A stretch of 63,849 nt of DNA, counting the filler, from Octopus bimaculoides (Eukaryota), in NCBI RefSeq assembly GCF_001194135.2. It is 9 parts of 8 records of this genome, joined end to end, with 100 filler letters (N's around TTAATTAATTAA, not from the genome) between each part and the next. Parts side by side here need not be neighbours in the genome. Positions count along the whole stretch, not along the records: positions 62,440 to 63,849 come from NW_026376249.1; 8 more parts are not named here. One strand, given 5' to 3'. This document shows, piece by piece, positions 62,340 through 63,849 of this stretch. How positions within the stretch are numbered: the first letter of the stretch is position 1; every line of letters starts with the position of its first letter. Both the position numbers and the translations under genes were made by a program. The notes beneath the pieces were generated by a model. That model saw only the letters and a list, made by a program, of their open reading frames with translations. It searched no databases and was not told the origin of the DNA.

Positions 62340-62439
62340 NNNNNNNNNNNNNNNNNNNNNNNNNNNNNNNNNNNNNNNNNNNNTTAATTAATTAANNNNN
62401 NNNNNNNNNNNNNNNNNNNNNNNNNNNNNNNNNNNNNNN
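62340..62439. other. Artificial scaffold-join spacer
   Basis: 44N + TTAATTAATTAA + 44N. Confidence 0.9.
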
Positions 62440-63259
62440 AAACACTCTAATTGCTGACAGTAGACTTGAGCATTGATTGTTGCATTAGGCAGTAACAATT
62501 CTAAGTGAATTACTCCTTTGCAATCCCACCAGATAGAGAGAAAAAACTTTTTTCCATGAAGTTCCCTTCTCAGTTGTGGTTGAGCTTTTTCCCTTTTACC
62601 AAGCCACTGTTTACGATGTTTAACATTTCAATAGAAGATCCATTTTTCGTCACCAGCCACAAGTCTATCCAAAAAGGGTGAAATGAGTTCACGAGAATGG
62701 AGAGAAGAGCAGATGTCAACTCTGGATTTGCAGTTGCTTTCAGACAATTCATGGGGCACCCATTTTCCAAGTTTTGGAACCTTTCCAAATTGTTGAAGAT
62801 GATGATGATGGTTTGAACTAAGCTTTATTGCCAATTCTTCAACTGATAATGCAGGATTTTCTTCAAGTAATGCCTCAAGGAGCTTATCATCAAATTCAAC
62901 TGGATGTCCTGAAATCTCCACTTCTGAATTTTGCAAATCATCTTCTGCAAGTTCTTTCTTTCATGCATTCTTTCCCATAAACTGAATGTATGTTTCGAGC
63001 TGCTTCGGCTGTAGAATTTCCTTTTTTGTACTCATAAAGCATTATGTGCCTCAAATGCTCTTTGGATACTTCCATGTTAGAAACAGTTTTAATCAAAGAA
63101 ATTTTAATTCTATTATTCTGTAAAATGATATTTAGTTAGTTTAAATGTATACAAATGCATAAAAATAATTTTTAATTCCATTAGACATTCCAAAATACTA
63201 TTAAATTTCATTCAATTTTAAAAAAGGTAAAATCAGACAGAACTTATGGGATGACCTGA
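62440..63259 (-). pseudogene. Mariner transposon 5' half (TIR plus N-terminal transposase)
   Basis: TA-TCAGGTCATCCCATAAGTTC TIR; ATG at 63075 MEVSKEHLRHIMLYEYKKG...WVPHELS...FLDRLVAGDEKWIFY*...WWDCKGVIH; stops and indels present. Confidence 0.9.
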
Positions 63260-63476
63260 TATATATATATGTGTGTATGTGTGTTCATATATATATAAAT
63301 ATATACACATATATATATATGTATATATGTGTGTAATTGAGAAATGTAACTCTACACTGTTACCTGAAGATGACACTCAGAGTAGCATGCAATATTGAAA
63401 TTTTTACTTAAAATATTCATTCTACAAATTTACTGTTAAGTACTGTTTTCCTACTTGCCATGTCACCCTACTTCAG

Positions 63477-63507
<31 letters not shown>

Positions 63508-63849
63508 ATGCAAATGATATATGAGCATATGGATGTATACATACATATATGTACATACCTACATCTATGTATATATATATATATATATATACACACACTT
63601 TCAGTGTGAATGTTTTTGTTTTTTTTATACAGCACTTTATTTTACAATCCTGTAAATAATAATGTATTTTTATATAAGCTTAAAGCTTATGGCTATCACC
63701 GTGCAACGTGGATAGGAAAGCCTTCTATTTTTTTGTCAAGGGCTTATATGCCCCTTTATTAGACTATTTTCCTTAGTCATTGCATGATGATCGCCATAAA
63801 CTTTAAGCTTATATAAAAATACTATTATATATATATATATATATATATA

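Noticed and set aside
63363-63400. CTGAAGATGACACTC...GAAA possible HHR
   Set aside because: 3' strand of helix II and helix III are not recoverable.

Overview
AT-rich, microsatellite-saturated animal DNA with many N-gaps. The SINE, LINE and MITE repertoire resembles a coleoid cephalopod (Octopus-like); this is an inference from repeat sequences. The window is not one locus: eight identical 100-bp spacers (44N + TTAATTAATTAA + 44N) split it into nine segments that may be unrelated scaffolds. No intact protein-coding gene, rRNA, tRNA gene or CRISPR array is supported, and the long ORFs in the track are gap or microsatellite artefacts. Recognisable content is mobile DNA: four tRNA-headed SINE families (my labels A-D), decayed R4/Dong, Tx1, CR1/L2-group and RTE LINE fragments, Penelope-like (GIY-YIG) remnants, mariner and piggyBac fragments, MITEs and Helitron ends. 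The strongest unexplained signals are: (1) about ten minimal type I hammerhead-ribozyme (HHR) motifs from several unrelated repeat families; (2) a 433-bp palindromic element with 119-bp arms and an HHR between them; (3) a Penelope-like element with inverted pLTRs whose 3' region holds a tRNA-like A-box head just upstream of the HHR; (4) R4/Dong-clade LINE pieces that start and end in (CATA)n or (TAA)n microsatellites, suggesting two target-specific families.
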